DNA of 64,000 nucleotides from Minisyncoccia bacterium (GCA_049997875.1 JBEKRC010000001.1:172609-236608); one strand, 5' to 3'. Shown: positions 27,250 to 37,903, counted from the first letter of the stretch. The notes: generated by a model not told the origin, from the letters alone. A program made the numbers and translations.

Positions 27250-27429
27250 AGCTTTATTATAAACCGTATAGACCGTGCGTTGAATTCCATCCGTTTTTGG
27301 CTCACAATGAATGAAAAGTGGCGGAGAGCCAAAGACCGAAGGATTGGCCTTTGCCGCCTTCAGAGCTGAAGGTCGCTCATCCGCCACCATCATTATCCGC
27401 CGCCGCCGGCATGAGTCAAATATAGCGAT

Positions 27430-29172
27430 ATGAAAGAGAAAATCGTCAAAATTCTTGAAGATACAGCCGGCCGGAAGGCGTCGCTGATAGATGTTTTTGT
27501 TCCGGAACGCGAAAATTTTGGGCATTACTCAACAAATGTTGCGATGCGGCTCGGCGGTGCGGAGGAACGGAGCGAAGAGCCGCTTGCGCGCGCGGAGCGG
27601 CTTGCGGCGAAGGTGGCCAAGGCCGCGCCCGCCGGATTTTTTGAAAAAGTGGAGGCGGTGCCGCCGGGCTTCGTCAATTTTTGGCTGAGCAAGAAAACCA
27701 CACAAGAGGAATTTCAGAAGATCGTGCGCGACGCGCGGTTTGGAACGGGCGAAGCTATGAAAGGCAAAACGGTAATGGTGGAGTTTACCGACCCGAACCC
27801 CTTTAAGCTTTTCCACATTGGCCACCTCATGAGCAATACAGTTGGGGAATCTTTCGCGTGCCTCTATGAGGCGGCGGGGGCGAAGGTGATTCGCGCGAAC
27901 TATCAGGGAGACGTGGGGCTCCACGTGGCGAAGGCGGTATGGGGGATGGAGGAAATGTCCAAGCAGCACAGAGAGAAAAAGTTGCCGGGAGAAAATGCAC
28001 CGCTTGCCGAGAAAATTGCGTTCCTCGGCGATGCGTATGCGTTCGGCGCGCGAGCGTATGAAGATCAATCGGACGCCAAAAAACAGATAGAGACCGTGAA
28101 TGAAGCAATATACCGGCGCACGAATGCCGCCGTGAACCAGCTTTACGACGCCGGTCTGCGGTGGAGCCTGGCATATTTTGAAACCATTTATAAACGGCTT
28201 GGCACGAAATTTGACCGTTATTTTTTTGAGAATGAGATGGGAGAAAAAGGCCTTGCGCTGGTCCGTGCGCGAAGAGATATTTTTAAAGAGAGCGACGGCG
28301 CGATCGTGTTTCATGGCGAGGAATACGGTCTGCACACCCGTGTGTTCGTGAATTCCCGCGGGCTGCCCACGTACGAAGCGAAAGAACTCGGTCTCAACAC
28401 GAAAAAGTTTGAACTGTATCCATTGGACCTTTCCGTCATTGTGACAGGGAATGAGATTGTTGATTATTTCAGGGTGCTTTTGAAGGCGATGGAGCTTGTG
28501 GCGCCGGAGATTGCGGCGAAGACGCGCCATGTGCCGCACGGCATGCTGCGGCTCGCAACTGGCAAGATGTCGTCGCGGACCGGGGAGGTGGTTACCGCGG
28601 AATCCCTCCTTGAACAAGCAAAAGAGAAAATAAGAGAGCGCATGACCGCGGCGGAAGGCAAGAGCGCTGCGGAACGTGAAGAAATTGCGGAAGCCGTCGC
28701 AATCGGGGCGGTGAAATATTCCATCCTGAAGCAAAACCCCGGGCAGGATATTGCCTTTGATTTTGATAAATCGCTTTCTTTTGAGGGCGACTCCGGTCCT
28801 TATGTGCAGTACGCCTACGCGCGGCTCGCGAGCATTCTTCGTAAGGCGGGAATGGTACCGCCCGCATCCGACGCTGACGCTGACGCCGACGCCGCGCGTC
28901 TTGATTCGGAACTTGAGCTCGCGGTTATCCGCAAGATCATGGAATTCCCCGACGTGGTCTCGCACGCGGCCGAACGGCATCTCCCGAGCGGCGTCGCGGC
29001 GTATCTTTATAAGTTTGCTTCCCTCGTGAACAGGTTCTACGAAACCACGCCGGTCCTGAAAGAAAAAGACGCGGCGCGCCGCAACGCGCGTCTCGCGCTC
29101 GTGCGGGTCGCGTCGGAGGTTCTCATAAAGGGCCTTGCGCTTCTCGGGGTCCGTGCGCCGGAGAAGATATAG
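27430..29172 (+). CDS. argS: arginyl-tRNA synthetase
   Basis: HIGHLMSN class-I HIGH motif, DALR anticodon-binding C-terminus, 580 aa. Confidence 0.9.
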   Translation: MKEKIVKILEDTAGRKASLIDVFVPERENFGHYSTNVAMRLGGAEERSEEPLARAERLAAKVAKAAPAGFFEKVEAVPPGFVNFWLSKKTTQEEFQKIVRDARFGTGEAMKGKTVMVEFTDPNPFKLFHIGHLMSNTVGESFACLYEAAGAKVIRANYQGDVGLHVAKAVWGMEEMSKQHREKKLPGENAPLAEKIAFLGDAYAFGARAYEDQSDAKKQIETVNEAIYRRTNAAVNQLYDAGLRWSLAYFETIYKRLGTKFDRYFFENEMGEKGLALVRARRDIFKESDGAIVFHGEEYGLHTRVFVNSRGLPTYEAKELGLNTKKFELYPLDLSVIVTGNEIVDYFRVLLKAMELVAPEIAAKTRHVPHGMLRLATGKMSSRTGEVVTAESLLEQAKEKIRERMTAAEGKSAAEREEIAEAVAIGAVKYSILKQNPGQDIAFDFDKSLSFEGDSGPYVQYAYARLASILRKAGMVPPASDADADADAARLDSELELAVIRKIMEFPDVVSHAAERHLPSGVAAYLYKFASLVNRFYETTPVLKEKDAARRNARLALVRVASEVLIKGLALLGVRAPEKI

Positions 29173-29207
29173 AATATCTGCGGAAAATCTGGTATTTTAA
29201 GAGGACG

Positions 29208-32200
29208 ATGGCGCAGAAACGGAATTCCTCCGATGATAATTCCTCGTTGCCGAGACGCGAAGAGAAAACGCTTGAGTTTTGGGACGCCCATCGTGTTTTT
29301 GAAAAAAGTTTAGAAAAAACCAAGGAAGGGAAACCTTTCACATTCTACGACGGGCCGCCGTTCGCGACGGGACTCCCGCATTACGGGCACATTCTGGCGT
29401 CCACCATTAAAGACGTTGTGCCGCGATATCAGACGATGAATGGGCGGTTCGTCCGCCGCCGCTGGGGGTGGGATTGCCACGGGCTTCCCATTGAGGAGAT
29501 TGTGGAGCGCAAACTCGGCATTTCCGGAAAGAAGCAGATAGAGGCGATTGGCATCAAAAAATTCAACGAAACCTGCCGAAGCATGGTTTTGGAATATGCC
29601 GCGGAGTGGAAAAAGATGATCCGCCGCATTGCGCGCTGGGTGGAATTTGACGATTCCTACAAGACGATGGACGCGAGCTATATGGAATCGGTCTGGTGGG
29701 CGTTCAAGGAAATATATAAGAAGAAGCTCGTCTACGAAGGGCGGAAGGTGCTTTTGTATTGTCCGCGCTGCGAGACGCCGATCTCAAACTTTGAGGTGGC
29801 GATGGACAACAGCTACAAAGACGTGACCGAGGAATCAGTGACGGTGAAGTTCCATTTGAAACCAGGGCAGAAATTCGGGAAGGGCGGTAATTATGAAACA
29901 AAAGACAACGCTTATATTCTTTCGTGGACGACAACGCCCTGGACGCTCCCCGGGAACGTCGCGCTTGCAGTAGGAGAAGATGTTTCCTACACCGCACTGC
30001 GCGTCAAAAATGTGCCCGGCCTCTATATTCTTGCAAGTGACCGCGCGAACACCGTTTTCAAAGATCAACCGGTGGAGGTTGTTCACGATGATATTAAGGG
30101 AAAGGATTTGGTCGGGTTGGAATACGAGCCGCTTTTCGATGTTCCTGCGGCGCGGAACGACAAGGCCTTCAAGGTTTACCCTGCCGACTTTGTGACGACC
30201 GAAGAGGGAACGGGCGTTGTGCACACGGCGGTCGTTTACGGAGAAGAGGACTATGAGCTTGGCATGCGCGTGGGGCTGCCCGTCGTGCCGCTGCTTGACG
30301 AAAAAGGAATTTTCAACGAAAAGGCGCCGGAGCTTGTGCGCGGGACGTACTTCAAAGACTCTGAAAAAATCATTAAAGGCGACTTGCAAAATCGCGGACT
30401 GTTGTTCAAACGGGAAGCGCATACGCACTCGTATCCGTACTGCTGGCGCTGCGGCAACATGCTCTTCTATAACGCAATTCCCGCATGGTTCATCAATGTT
30501 CAGAAGATAAAACCGCAACTCTTGGATTCGAATAACCGCGAGATCAACTGGTTCCCGGAGCACCTGAAGCACGGACGCTATGAAAAAAGCGTGGAGGCGG
30601 CGCCCGATTGGAACATCTCGCGCAATCGCTACTGGGGCAATCCGATTCCCGTGTGGAAGTGCGATGGCTGCGATCGCGAGGAGGCCGTGGGCAGCATTGA
30701 GGAATTGTCAAAGCTCGCCGGTCATTCAAAAAATAATTACTGGGTGATGCGGCACGGAGAGGCGGAAAGCAATATGTTCCACATCGTTGATTCGGGTCAG
30801 CGGAAGTATTTGCACCTCACGCCGCGCGGCCAGAAACAGGTTGGAGATTCAATCAGGAATTTCAAATCCGAGCTTGCAAAACGCGGGCAAAAAATAGACT
30901 TGGTAATCTCCTCGGACATCACGCGCACCGAGGAAACCGAATCTATCGTCGCCTCCGTTTTGGCGGGAGAAAAGGTGCGGTTTGACGCGCGGCTTGAGGA
31001 AATTCACCTTGGTCCCACGCTCACCGGTTATCGCGATGCAGAATATTCGACCGCTTTCCCCACCTACCGGGCGCGGTTTGAGAAACGGCCGGAAGGAGGA
31101 GAATCCCTGCGTGATCTCCGTGCCCGCGTGTGGGAATTTTTGGCGGAATGCGAAAGGAAATATGAGGGGAAAAATATTCTTCTTGTCACTCACGAGTATC
31201 CCACGTGGATGTTGTTTCATGTGGCGCTTGGATGGAGCGAGCGCGACGCAATCGTTGAGAAAGAGAAGCAAAAAGCGGATTTCATTGATTTTGCGGAGGT
31301 GCGTAAGTTGGAAGTGGGAATTATTCCGCGGAATGACGGGGGAGAAGCAGACCTTCATCGGCCGTATATTGATGGCATAACGTTCAAGTGTTCCGAGTGC
31401 GGGGACGCGATGAAGCGGACGCCGGAAATTTTTGATTCTTGGATGGAAGCGGGCTCAATGCCGTTCGCCGAGTATCATTATCCGTTTGAAAATAAAGAGG
31501 TCTTTGAGGGCCGTTTCCCGTGCCAGTTCGTTGCGGAATATACCGCACAGACGCGGGCGTGGTTCTATGTGATGCATGTGATCGCCATGGTTCTCTTTGG
31601 GAAGGCACCCTTTGAAAACGTGGTCACCACCGGGAACATTCTTGCGGAAGACGGTTCAAAAATGAGCAAATCAAAAGGGAACTTTCCGGACCCCAACCTT
31701 GTGATCGGAAAATACGGGGCGGACAGCTTGCGATTCTATCTCATGAATTCCGTCGTGATGCAGGCCGATGACATCAATTTTTCCGAGAAGGCTGTGGAGA
31801 ACATTTATCGGAAGGTTGTTGTTATCCTGTGGAATGTATGCAAATTTTTCACGACCTATATTGATCCGGCGGTGCTCGCGTCGGAGAAGCCGCCGTCCTC
31901 CGGCGGAGCGAATGTTCTTGATCAATGGATCGGAATACGAACGGCGGAACTTGTGGAGGGCGCGACCGAGTATCTTTCGGCCTATGACACCGTGCGCGCG
32001 ACGCGAGTGATCCAGGAATATATTGATGACCTCTCCACCTGGTATCTCCGCCGCAGCCGGAAGCGCGAAGACGCCGCTTTTTACGCCACGCTTTACAAAA
32101 GCCTCCTTACTGCAAGCAAAGTTATCGCGCCGTTCATGCCGTTTCTTGCCGAAGAACTCTATGGGACATTGAGATCGTATAGCGGCGGCAGGGAAGTTGC

Positions 32201-32765
32201 CGAGTCGGTGCATCTCGCCCGTTGGCCGGTTGCGGAAATTTCAGAGGGCGTTGCGGAAAGGAAAAGATTGATTGAGGCCATGAAAGAGGTGCGGCGGCTG
32301 GCGAGCGTGGGGCTTGCGAAGCGCGCAGGGGCCGGCATCAAGATCCGCCAGCCGCTCGGGAAATTGAAGATCAAGACCGCAGCAATGCCGCTCTCGGCTG
32401 AACTGCTTCGCGTATTGGCCGAGGAGGTGAATGTGGAGGAAGTCGTTTTTGACAAATCCCTTGAAGGCGAAATTGAGCTTGACCTTGCGATCACGCCGGC
32501 ATTGCGCGAGAAAGGGTTGCTCCGCGAGGTGGCGAGGATGGTTCAGGAGCTGCGGCAAAAAGCGGGACTTGCGCCAAAGGATAAGATTACGCTGATGCTT
32601 GATCTCCCCCCAGTTGCCAAAGCCGCCGTTCTGAAACAGGAAGCAGTGCTGCGTTCCGCCGTCGGCGCAAAATTGGTTGAATACGGGAGAGCGGAAAGGT
32701 TTAGCGCGGAAGCGCTCGCAAAGTTGGAAGGGCAAGAAGCGTGGATCGGGCTCCGCAAGGCGTAG
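29208..32765 (+). CDS. ileS: isoleucyl-tRNA synthetase carrying an inserted histidine-phosphatase (PGAM-like) domain
   Basis: PHYGHILAS HIGH motif, CP1 editing region, WNISRNRYWGNPIPVW, KMSKS, and the DLHRPYID...C..CG zinc knuckle. An insertion of about 208 aa at roughly nt 30725-31350 carries YWVMRHGEAESN and LLVTHEY (RHG histidine-phosphatase signature). Confidence 0.9.
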   Translation: MAQKRNSSDDNSSLPRREEKTLEFWDAHRVFEKSLEKTKEGKPFTFYDGPPFATGLPHYGHILASTIKDVVPRYQTMNGRFVRRRWGWDCHGLPIEEIVERKLGISGKKQIEAIGIKKFNETCRSMVLEYAAEWKKMIRRIARWVEFDDSYKTMDASYMESVWWAFKEIYKKKLVYEGRKVLLYCPRCETPISNFEVAMDNSYKDVTEESVTVKFHLKPGQKFGKGGNYETKDNAYILSWTTTPWTLPGNVALAVGEDVSYTALRVKNVPGLYILASDRANTVFKDQPVEVVHDDIKGKDLVGLEYEPLFDVPAARNDKAFKVYPADFVTTEEGTGVVHTAVVYGEEDYELGMRVGLPVVPLLDEKGIFNEKAPELVRGTYFKDSEKIIKGDLQNRGLLFKREAHTHSYPYCWRCGNMLFYNAIPAWFINVQKIKPQLLDSNNREINWFPEHLKHGRYEKSVEAAPDWNISRNRYWGNPIPVWKCDGCDREEAVGSIEELSKLAGHSKNNYWVMRHGEAESNMFHIVDSGQRKYLHLTPRGQKQVGDSIRNFKSELAKRGQKIDLVISSDITRTEETESIVASVLAGEKVRFDARLEEIHLGPTLTGYRDAEYSTAFPTYRARFEKRPEGGESLRDLRARVWEFLAECERKYEGKNILLVTHEYPTWMLFHVALGWSERDAIVEKEKQKADFIDFAEVRKLEVGIIPRNDGGEADLHRPYIDGITFKCSECGDAMKRTPEIFDSWMEAGSMPFAEYHYPFENKEVFEGRFPCQFVAEYTAQTRAWFYVMHVIAMVLFGKAPFENVVTTGNILAEDGSKMSKSKGNFPDPNLVIGKYGADSLRFYLMNSVVMQADDINFSEKAVENIYRKVVVILWNVCKFFTTYIDPAVLASEKPPSSGGANVLDQWIGIRTAELVEGATEYLSAYDTVRATRVIQEYIDDLSTWYLRRSRKREDAAFYATLYKSLLTASKVIAPFMPFLAEELYGTLRSYSGGREVAESVHLARWPVAEISEGVAERKRLIEAMKEVRRLASVGLAKRAGAGIKIRQPLGKLKIKTAAMPLSAELLRVLAEEVNVEEVVFDKSLEGEIELDLAITPALREKGLLREVARMVQELRQKAGLAPKDKITLMLDLPPVAKAAVLKQEAVLRSAVGAKLVEYGRAERFSAEALAKLEGQEAWIGLRKA

Positions 32766-32784
32766 AAGGACAGACGGCGGGACG

Positions 32785-33063
32785 CTAAAAGCCGAGCGCT
32801 TTTTCCGTGCGAACGACGCGGACGTTCAGGTTATCAATCACTTTGTGAACGCCGCGCATTTCTTCGTTGGACGCCTTTATGTTGTCTTCTGTGCGGGAAA
32901 CAGTGATTGCGATGCTATCTACGCGTTCTTCAAGGGCGGTAAACCGCCGGTCTACCATAGTAAAACCATCTCTGACCGCACCTGTAAGGTCTTCAATGGA
33001 AACGGCAAGGGTTTTGAGCGTGATTTCTTCTTCCATTCTTTCCAGTGTAGCCGCCAAAGCCAC
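32785..33063 (-). CDS. small hypothetical coiled-coil protein (92 aa)
   Basis: ORF only, between ileS and trpS. Confidence 0.35.
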   Translation of the reverse strand: MALAATLERMEEEITLKTLAVSIEDLTGAVRDGFTMVDRRFTALEERVDSIAITVSRTEDNIKASNEEMRGVHKVIDNLNVRVVRTEKALGF

Positions 33064-33125
33064 CCTGTCAAAGGTTCTTTAATAATTTTTTAATCTGCGT
33101 GCAAGGGGTTTTGGGCTCACGCACT

Positions 33126-34145
33126 TCAGAGTGCGATGCCGATTTTCCTTTTCACTTCTTTTATTTTCTTTTCCGCGACGCGTGCCGCACGCGCCGATCC
33201 TTCCTCCAAAATTTTCACGAGCGTTGCAGGTTCCGAAAGCAGTTCTTTTTTCCGGGCGCGGAATTTTGCAAGGTGGTTCGCCGCAAGCTCCACAAGCCGT
33301 TTTTTGAATGTCGCATAATTTTCGCCCGCGAATTCCTTCGCGACCATCTGTGGTTCCATGTGTGAGAGCGCCGTGTAGATGTCCAGAAGGTTCGCAAGGC
33401 CCGGTTTTTTGTGCGGCTCGTAGGTCACCGCGGAGCCGGAATCCGTGACCGCATGCGCGATCTTTTTCGCGATCTCTGCCGGCGCGTCGTCCAGAAACAA
33501 GCATCCCGCCGGCTCCGATTTTGACATTTTTTTCTCCGGATTTGTGAGGCTCATCACACGCGCGCTCTTCGTGAGCAGTGCCTTCGGTTCCGTGAATGTT
33601 TTTCCGAACCGCGCATTGAACCTCCGCGCGAGCGTGCGCGTGAGTTCCAAATGTTGCAGCTGGTCATCACCCACCGGAACGACCGCGGCATCGTACATGA
33701 GGATATCCGCCGCCATGAGGACCGGATAATCAAAAAGTCCGACATTGACGTTCTCCTTTTGTCGCGCCGACTTGTCTTTATACTGCGTCATTCTTTCCAG
33801 GTCTCCCATCGGAGCTACCGTGTTAAGGATCCACCCAAGTTCCGCGTGCGTCGGCACTTGTGACTGTTGGAAAATGCAGGATTTTTTCGGGTCAATGCCG
33901 GCCGCCAGGTATTCCGCGAGGGTTTCCAGGATTTGCTTCTTTTTCTCTTTCGGCTCAAATGGTTCAGTGATGGAATGAAGATCCGCGATGAAAAAGTAGT
34001 ACTCGTATTGCGCGGAGTCCTGGAGATCAACGAAGTTCCTGAGCGCGCCCAGATAATTGCCGATATGGAGGCGTCCCGATGGCTGGATGCCGGAGACAAG
34101 AACCGGTTTCATATCTTGATGATAGCACAAAAAACAAAGACTCAT
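33126..34145 (-). CDS. trpS: tryptophanyl-tRNA synthetase
   Basis: SGIQPSGRLHIGNYLGA and KMSKS. Confidence 0.9.
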   Translation of the reverse strand: MSLCFLCYHQDMKPVLVSGIQPSGRLHIGNYLGALRNFVDLQDSAQYEYYFFIADLHSITEPFEPKEKKKQILETLAEYLAAGIDPKKSCIFQQSQVPTHAELGWILNTVAPMGDLERMTQYKDKSARQKENVNVGLFDYPVLMAADILMYDAAVVPVGDDQLQHLELTRTLARRFNARFGKTFTEPKALLTKSARVMSLTNPEKKMSKSEPAGCLFLDDAPAEIAKKIAHAVTDSGSAVTYEPHKKPGLANLLDIYTALSHMEPQMVAKEFAGENYATFKKRLVELAANHLAKFRARKKELLSEPATLVKILEEGSARAARVAEKKIKEVKRKIGIAL

Positions 34146-34293
34146 CCTAGGTCACCCTCCCATTTTCTGTTTGATATCTTCCAATTTCAGGGCCCTGCTC
34201 TTTTCATTAAGGCGCCGCATAGCGTCTTCCTGCATGTCAAGCAAAAGATTCAGGTCTTCTTCCAATAACCTCTCCTTTTCTTTGTTTTTTAAT

Positions 34294-35910
34294 TTATCGT
34301 TTGGCATATTTTTCGGTGAAATAATTCACGAACCTTTCTCCATAAACGTCTCTAAAGTGATCCTTTCTTTCTTGTATGTCCGAAACCATGAACTCCAAAG
34401 TTCCTTCGTCCATGCCTCGATCTAATAATTGAGGATTTTCCCTTACTGCAGATCTTGTTTCGTTTATTTGTTGAGGGGTGGCGAATTGTGGATAAAACTC
34501 TGTGAGAGCGTAAGCCCCATAACCGCCTTGCTCAAATATCTTAGACGCCATTGGTGCGACCGCCTCTGGCCTTTTGTCCAATAATTCCAGCAGTGCCTTG
34601 GTGGATGCCGGATCTGCCAACGCTGCGGCGAGCAACTGCTCAGCGCGCTTTTTCAGCTCCGGGCGGCCACTCCAGAATTTTTGCAAAGCCTTATCGTTCA
34701 CGTCATATAACGCGAGTCCCAGCTCTCTATAGAAACTTGTTGACATTTTTTTCGCATCTCCGGGCTCGCCAGCAGGACCATTTTCGCGTTCCGAAGAAAA
34801 TTCTTCTACTTTATCGGTTCCTTGAGTCAGATAAGTTAAATGTTCCGCCACTAGATTTTCATATTTTTGGGCCAACGCGGGCGGCAGGTCCGCTCTGTGC
34901 CGCTCAAGTGTTTTCCATTGGCTGAACGGATGGAATAAGGCAACGTTACCCCGCGTGCGCTCCGGATGGTAACCAGGGATCCCATGCATGAATGTCCTTT
35001 CAAAGCCGTTCAGCCAACTATTGTAATGCTGGGCGTATCCTCCGGATTTTACACCCATCCGCTCTGCGAGTTTGTGGTCAACGGCGATCGGGGATTCTGA
35101 TCCTCCATACCAACCATAATCCTCCTTTTTTAAAACTTCCGTTATCGTATCGTCGCCCAAGGATTTGTTCTCAACGAATTGGATGCCGAGATTCTGACTG
35201 GTGCAAAATTCTTGTAACTGGGCCAAAGAAGCATTTTCTTTCATATCAGCTCGGTAGACGATTTTTGTTCCTTCGGGCAATTCCAGTCCGTCTGCCACAA
35301 GCCAATACGTATCATCTTTTCCTAAAGCGTACGGTTTACCATTCTTTTCAACCGTTTTATCCATCGGCATAACATACGCGAAGGCAACATCGTTCCACGA
35401 ACCACCGTCATTATTCGCGACCCTGCAATTTAAGGTGAAGTGCAGTGTGGGCCGGGGGACCTTGCCCCCCGTTTCGTCAAATGCCGTTCGGAGCTGTAAT
35501 TTGCCATCCGCAATGACGGGTAGATTATTGGAGACCCTGACCGCCGCTAAATATTCCAAAGGGTTTTCTTTCCCTATTATTGATTCTCCTTCCTTTAGTT
35601 TCCTGCTGAATGGAGGAGGGATATTTTCAACTCCTTGCTCTTCTTGTGATGCGGCTTCTCTCGCCATTTCGTGAGCGGTGTCGGAGATCGCAGCAATTTC
35701 ATTAAGCTCAGGAAGGTCTTTTGTGTTTATCGCCTCCGCATTATCTAACACCAATTCTTGGGATTTTTTCAGCCCCTTTGTAAATTTTAAAAGCTTTCGC
35801 CTTATCCGCTCTACGAAATTTTCTTTAGGAGAATTACTTTCAGGCGTCCCTTCCTTAAGAACTTCGTTCTCTTGTTGGGGTTCCTTCTTCGTTTCAGCTT
35901 CTCCATTCAT
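34294..35910 (-). CDS. large hypothetical protein (538 aa), acidic low-complexity N-terminus, lower GC than neighbours
   Basis: Long uninterrupted ORF. No recognised domain and no signal peptide. Confidence 0.55.
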   Translation of the reverse strand: MNGEAETKKEPQQENEVLKEGTPESNSPKENFVERIRRKLLKFTKGLKKSQELVLDNAEAINTKDLPELNEIAAISDTAHEMAREAASQEEQGVENIPPPFSRKLKEGESIIGKENPLEYLAAVRVSNNLPVIADGKLQLRTAFDETGGKVPRPTLHFTLNCRVANNDGGSWNDVAFAYVMPMDKTVEKNGKPYALGKDDTYWLVADGLELPEGTKIVYRADMKENASLAQLQEFCTSQNLGIQFVENKSLGDDTITEVLKKEDYGWYGGSESPIAVDHKLAERMGVKSGGYAQHYNSWLNGFERTFMHGIPGYHPERTRGNVALFHPFSQWKTLERHRADLPPALAQKYENLVAEHLTYLTQGTDKVEEFSSERENGPAGEPGDAKKMSTSFYRELGLALYDVNDKALQKFWSGRPELKKRAEQLLAAALADPASTKALLELLDKRPEAVAPMASKIFEQGGYGAYALTEFYPQFATPQQINETRSAVRENPQLLDRGMDEGTLEFMVSDIQERKDHFRDVYGERFVNYFTEKYAKR

Positions 35911-35928
35911 GTCTTATTCTGAACAGGA

Positions 35929-37785
35929 TTACACCTCAATGATCACGGGCAGGATCATCGGCCGGCGCCGCGTTTTGTTATAGAGGAATTGTCCAACTTG
36001 GTCGCGGATGAGCGTCTTTAGATAATCAGGCTCCACTTCGCGGTAACTGGGAAGGCGTGTAATGAGCGCGCGGATGCGTTTGCGAATTTCTTCCAGAAGC
36101 TCCTGATGTTCCTTAAGGTAGATAAAGCCGCGCGAGATGATGTCGGGGTTTTTGAGAAGCCGCCCCTTGGTTTGGTCAATGGTGAGAATAATGACGACCA
36201 TGCCCTCCTGGGAAAGCGCGCGCCGGTCGCGGAGCACTACTTCCTCCACGTCGCCGACGCCCAAGCCATCCACCATCACGTACGACGCGGGCACGGTCTG
36301 CTTGGTTATCGTAAACGTGTCTTTTGTGATCTCCGCCACTTGCCCATTGTCCATCATTTTGACCGTTTCGCGGGGGAGGCCCACCTCAACTGCAATTTTT
36401 TTGAGCGCCGAACGGAAGAAATAATACCCATGGATCGGGACGACAAATTTCGGTTTCATGAGCCGGAGCACGAACTTTAGGTCTTCCTGGTGCGCGTGGC
36501 CCGAGGCGTGGATGTCCAGGATCTTTACGTTGTAAAGTTCGTCCACCTGCCGCGCAATGTTATCTTGTAGTGCCTGCACGCTCCGCTCGTTTCCCGGTAC
36601 GACCGACGAGGAGAAGATGACGGTATCAGTGGATTTGAGGCGCACTACCCTGTGGTCGCCGTTCACGATGCGCATGAGTCCGGCATTCTTTTCTCCCTGG
36701 GATCCGGTCGTAAGGATGACCACTTTGTTATCGGGATATTTATTGATCTCCTCAATTGGGACGATTTCATCCTTTTTGGTCTTGAGATAGCCAAGCTGCT
36801 CAGCGATTTGGAAATTGTCCTTCATGGATCTGCCATTGAGGGCTACCTTCCGGTCAAGTTTTTCGGCGAGCTTCACGACTTCAAAAAGGCGCGTGAGGAG
36901 CGAGGAGAACGTGGCAATGAGGAGCCGCCCCTTCGCATGACTCATGAGCTCGTAGAGATTGTCGCTTACGGTTTCTTCCGAAAACGAGAATCCCGGCTTG
37001 TAGGCATTCGTGCTGTCAATGAAGACGGTGTGGATGCCTCGTTTGCCGATTTCGCCGAATATCTCCGTTTCCACCGGTTTGCCCTGCTTGTCCATCCTCA
37101 ACCGGAAATCGCCGAAGCTCACCATATTGCCAATGGGCGTTTTCAATACGAAGCCGAGCGCGTCGGGGATCGTGTGGTCAACGTTGAAGAAGTCGGCTTC
37201 AAAATATCTGCCAAGTTTTTCGTGGTCGCCGTGTTTCACCACCTTGAAGCGCAGCTTCGGCGCGTTCGTGAATTCCTGATGCCGTTTTTCTATCATTGCC
37301 TTCGTGAAGTCCGCCGTGTAGATGACGGGGTTGCCCAGCTTTTCTATGAGGTAATGGATCGCGGCCATGTGGTCATAGTGGCCGTGGGTAATGAGGATCG
37401 CCTGGATGCGGTCCTTTTTAGATTCAAGATACGCGATGTTCGGAATAATGTAATCAATACCCGGCGTTTCCTCTTCGGGGAATTGGATGCCGACGTCCAC
37501 AAGAACGATTTCGTCTTTGTACTCAAAAAAGTAGCAGTTCCTGCCAATTTCCTCCAGGCCGCCAAGCGGCACGAAACGGAGCGTGTCTTCCTTCAGTACC
37601 GCAGGCGCTGCGGCGGTTTGCTCTGTTTTCGGCCGCATCATTTCACGGCGCGGCGCCGCACTGCGACCCTGTTTAGTGCGGGTCATTGTGTGCGCCGGTC
37701 GTTGCGGCGCGGCGGGAAACGGACGTGGCCGCACTTCGGGCGGCCTTATTCTCGGTCGTTCTTTCTCTTCAATTTTTCTCATCAT
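35929..37785 (-). CDS. rnj: ribonuclease J (beta-CASP MBL) with Arg/Pro-rich N-terminal extension
   Basis: ILITHGHYDHMAAIHYL, beta-CASP and C-terminal RNase J domains. Confidence 0.85.
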   Translation of the reverse strand: MMRKIEEKERPRIRPPEVRPRPFPAAPQRPAHTMTRTKQGRSAAPRREMMRPKTEQTAAAPAVLKEDTLRFVPLGGLEEIGRNCYFFEYKDEIVLVDVGIQFPEEETPGIDYIIPNIAYLESKKDRIQAILITHGHYDHMAAIHYLIEKLGNPVIYTADFTKAMIEKRHQEFTNAPKLRFKVVKHGDHEKLGRYFEADFFNVDHTIPDALGFVLKTPIGNMVSFGDFRLRMDKQGKPVETEIFGEIGKRGIHTVFIDSTNAYKPGFSFSEETVSDNLYELMSHAKGRLLIATFSSLLTRLFEVVKLAEKLDRKVALNGRSMKDNFQIAEQLGYLKTKKDEIVPIEEINKYPDNKVVILTTGSQGEKNAGLMRIVNGDHRVVRLKSTDTVIFSSSVVPGNERSVQALQDNIARQVDELYNVKILDIHASGHAHQEDLKFVLRLMKPKFVVPIHGYYFFRSALKKIAVEVGLPRETVKMMDNGQVAEITKDTFTITKQTVPASYVMVDGLGVGDVEEVVLRDRRALSQEGMVVIILTIDQTKGRLLKNPDIISRGFIYLKEHQELLEEIRKRIRALITRLPSYREVEPDYLKTLIRDQVGQFLYNKTRRRPMILPVIIEV

Positions 37786-37816
37786 GCTTTCTCTTTCTCA
37801 ATCGTCATTCATCTTC

Positions 37817-37903
37817 TGGTGGGCAGGGAGGGATTTGAACCCTCACGACCTTGCGGCCATAGGCTCCTGGGGCCTACATGTCTGCCAGTTCCATCACCTG
37901 CCC
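37817..37903 (-). tRNA. tRNA-Leu (anticodon CAG), class II with long variable arm, CCA encoded
   Basis: The reverse complement gives GGGCAGG...TAGGC-ccCAGga-GCCTA-TGGCCGCAAGGTCGTGA-GGGTTCAAATCCCTCC-CTGCCC-A-CCA. Confidence 0.8.

Noticed and set aside
27529-28980. 483-aa minus-strand ORF antisense to argS
   Set aside because: Same reasoning. The argS HIGH/DALR motifs lie on the + strand.
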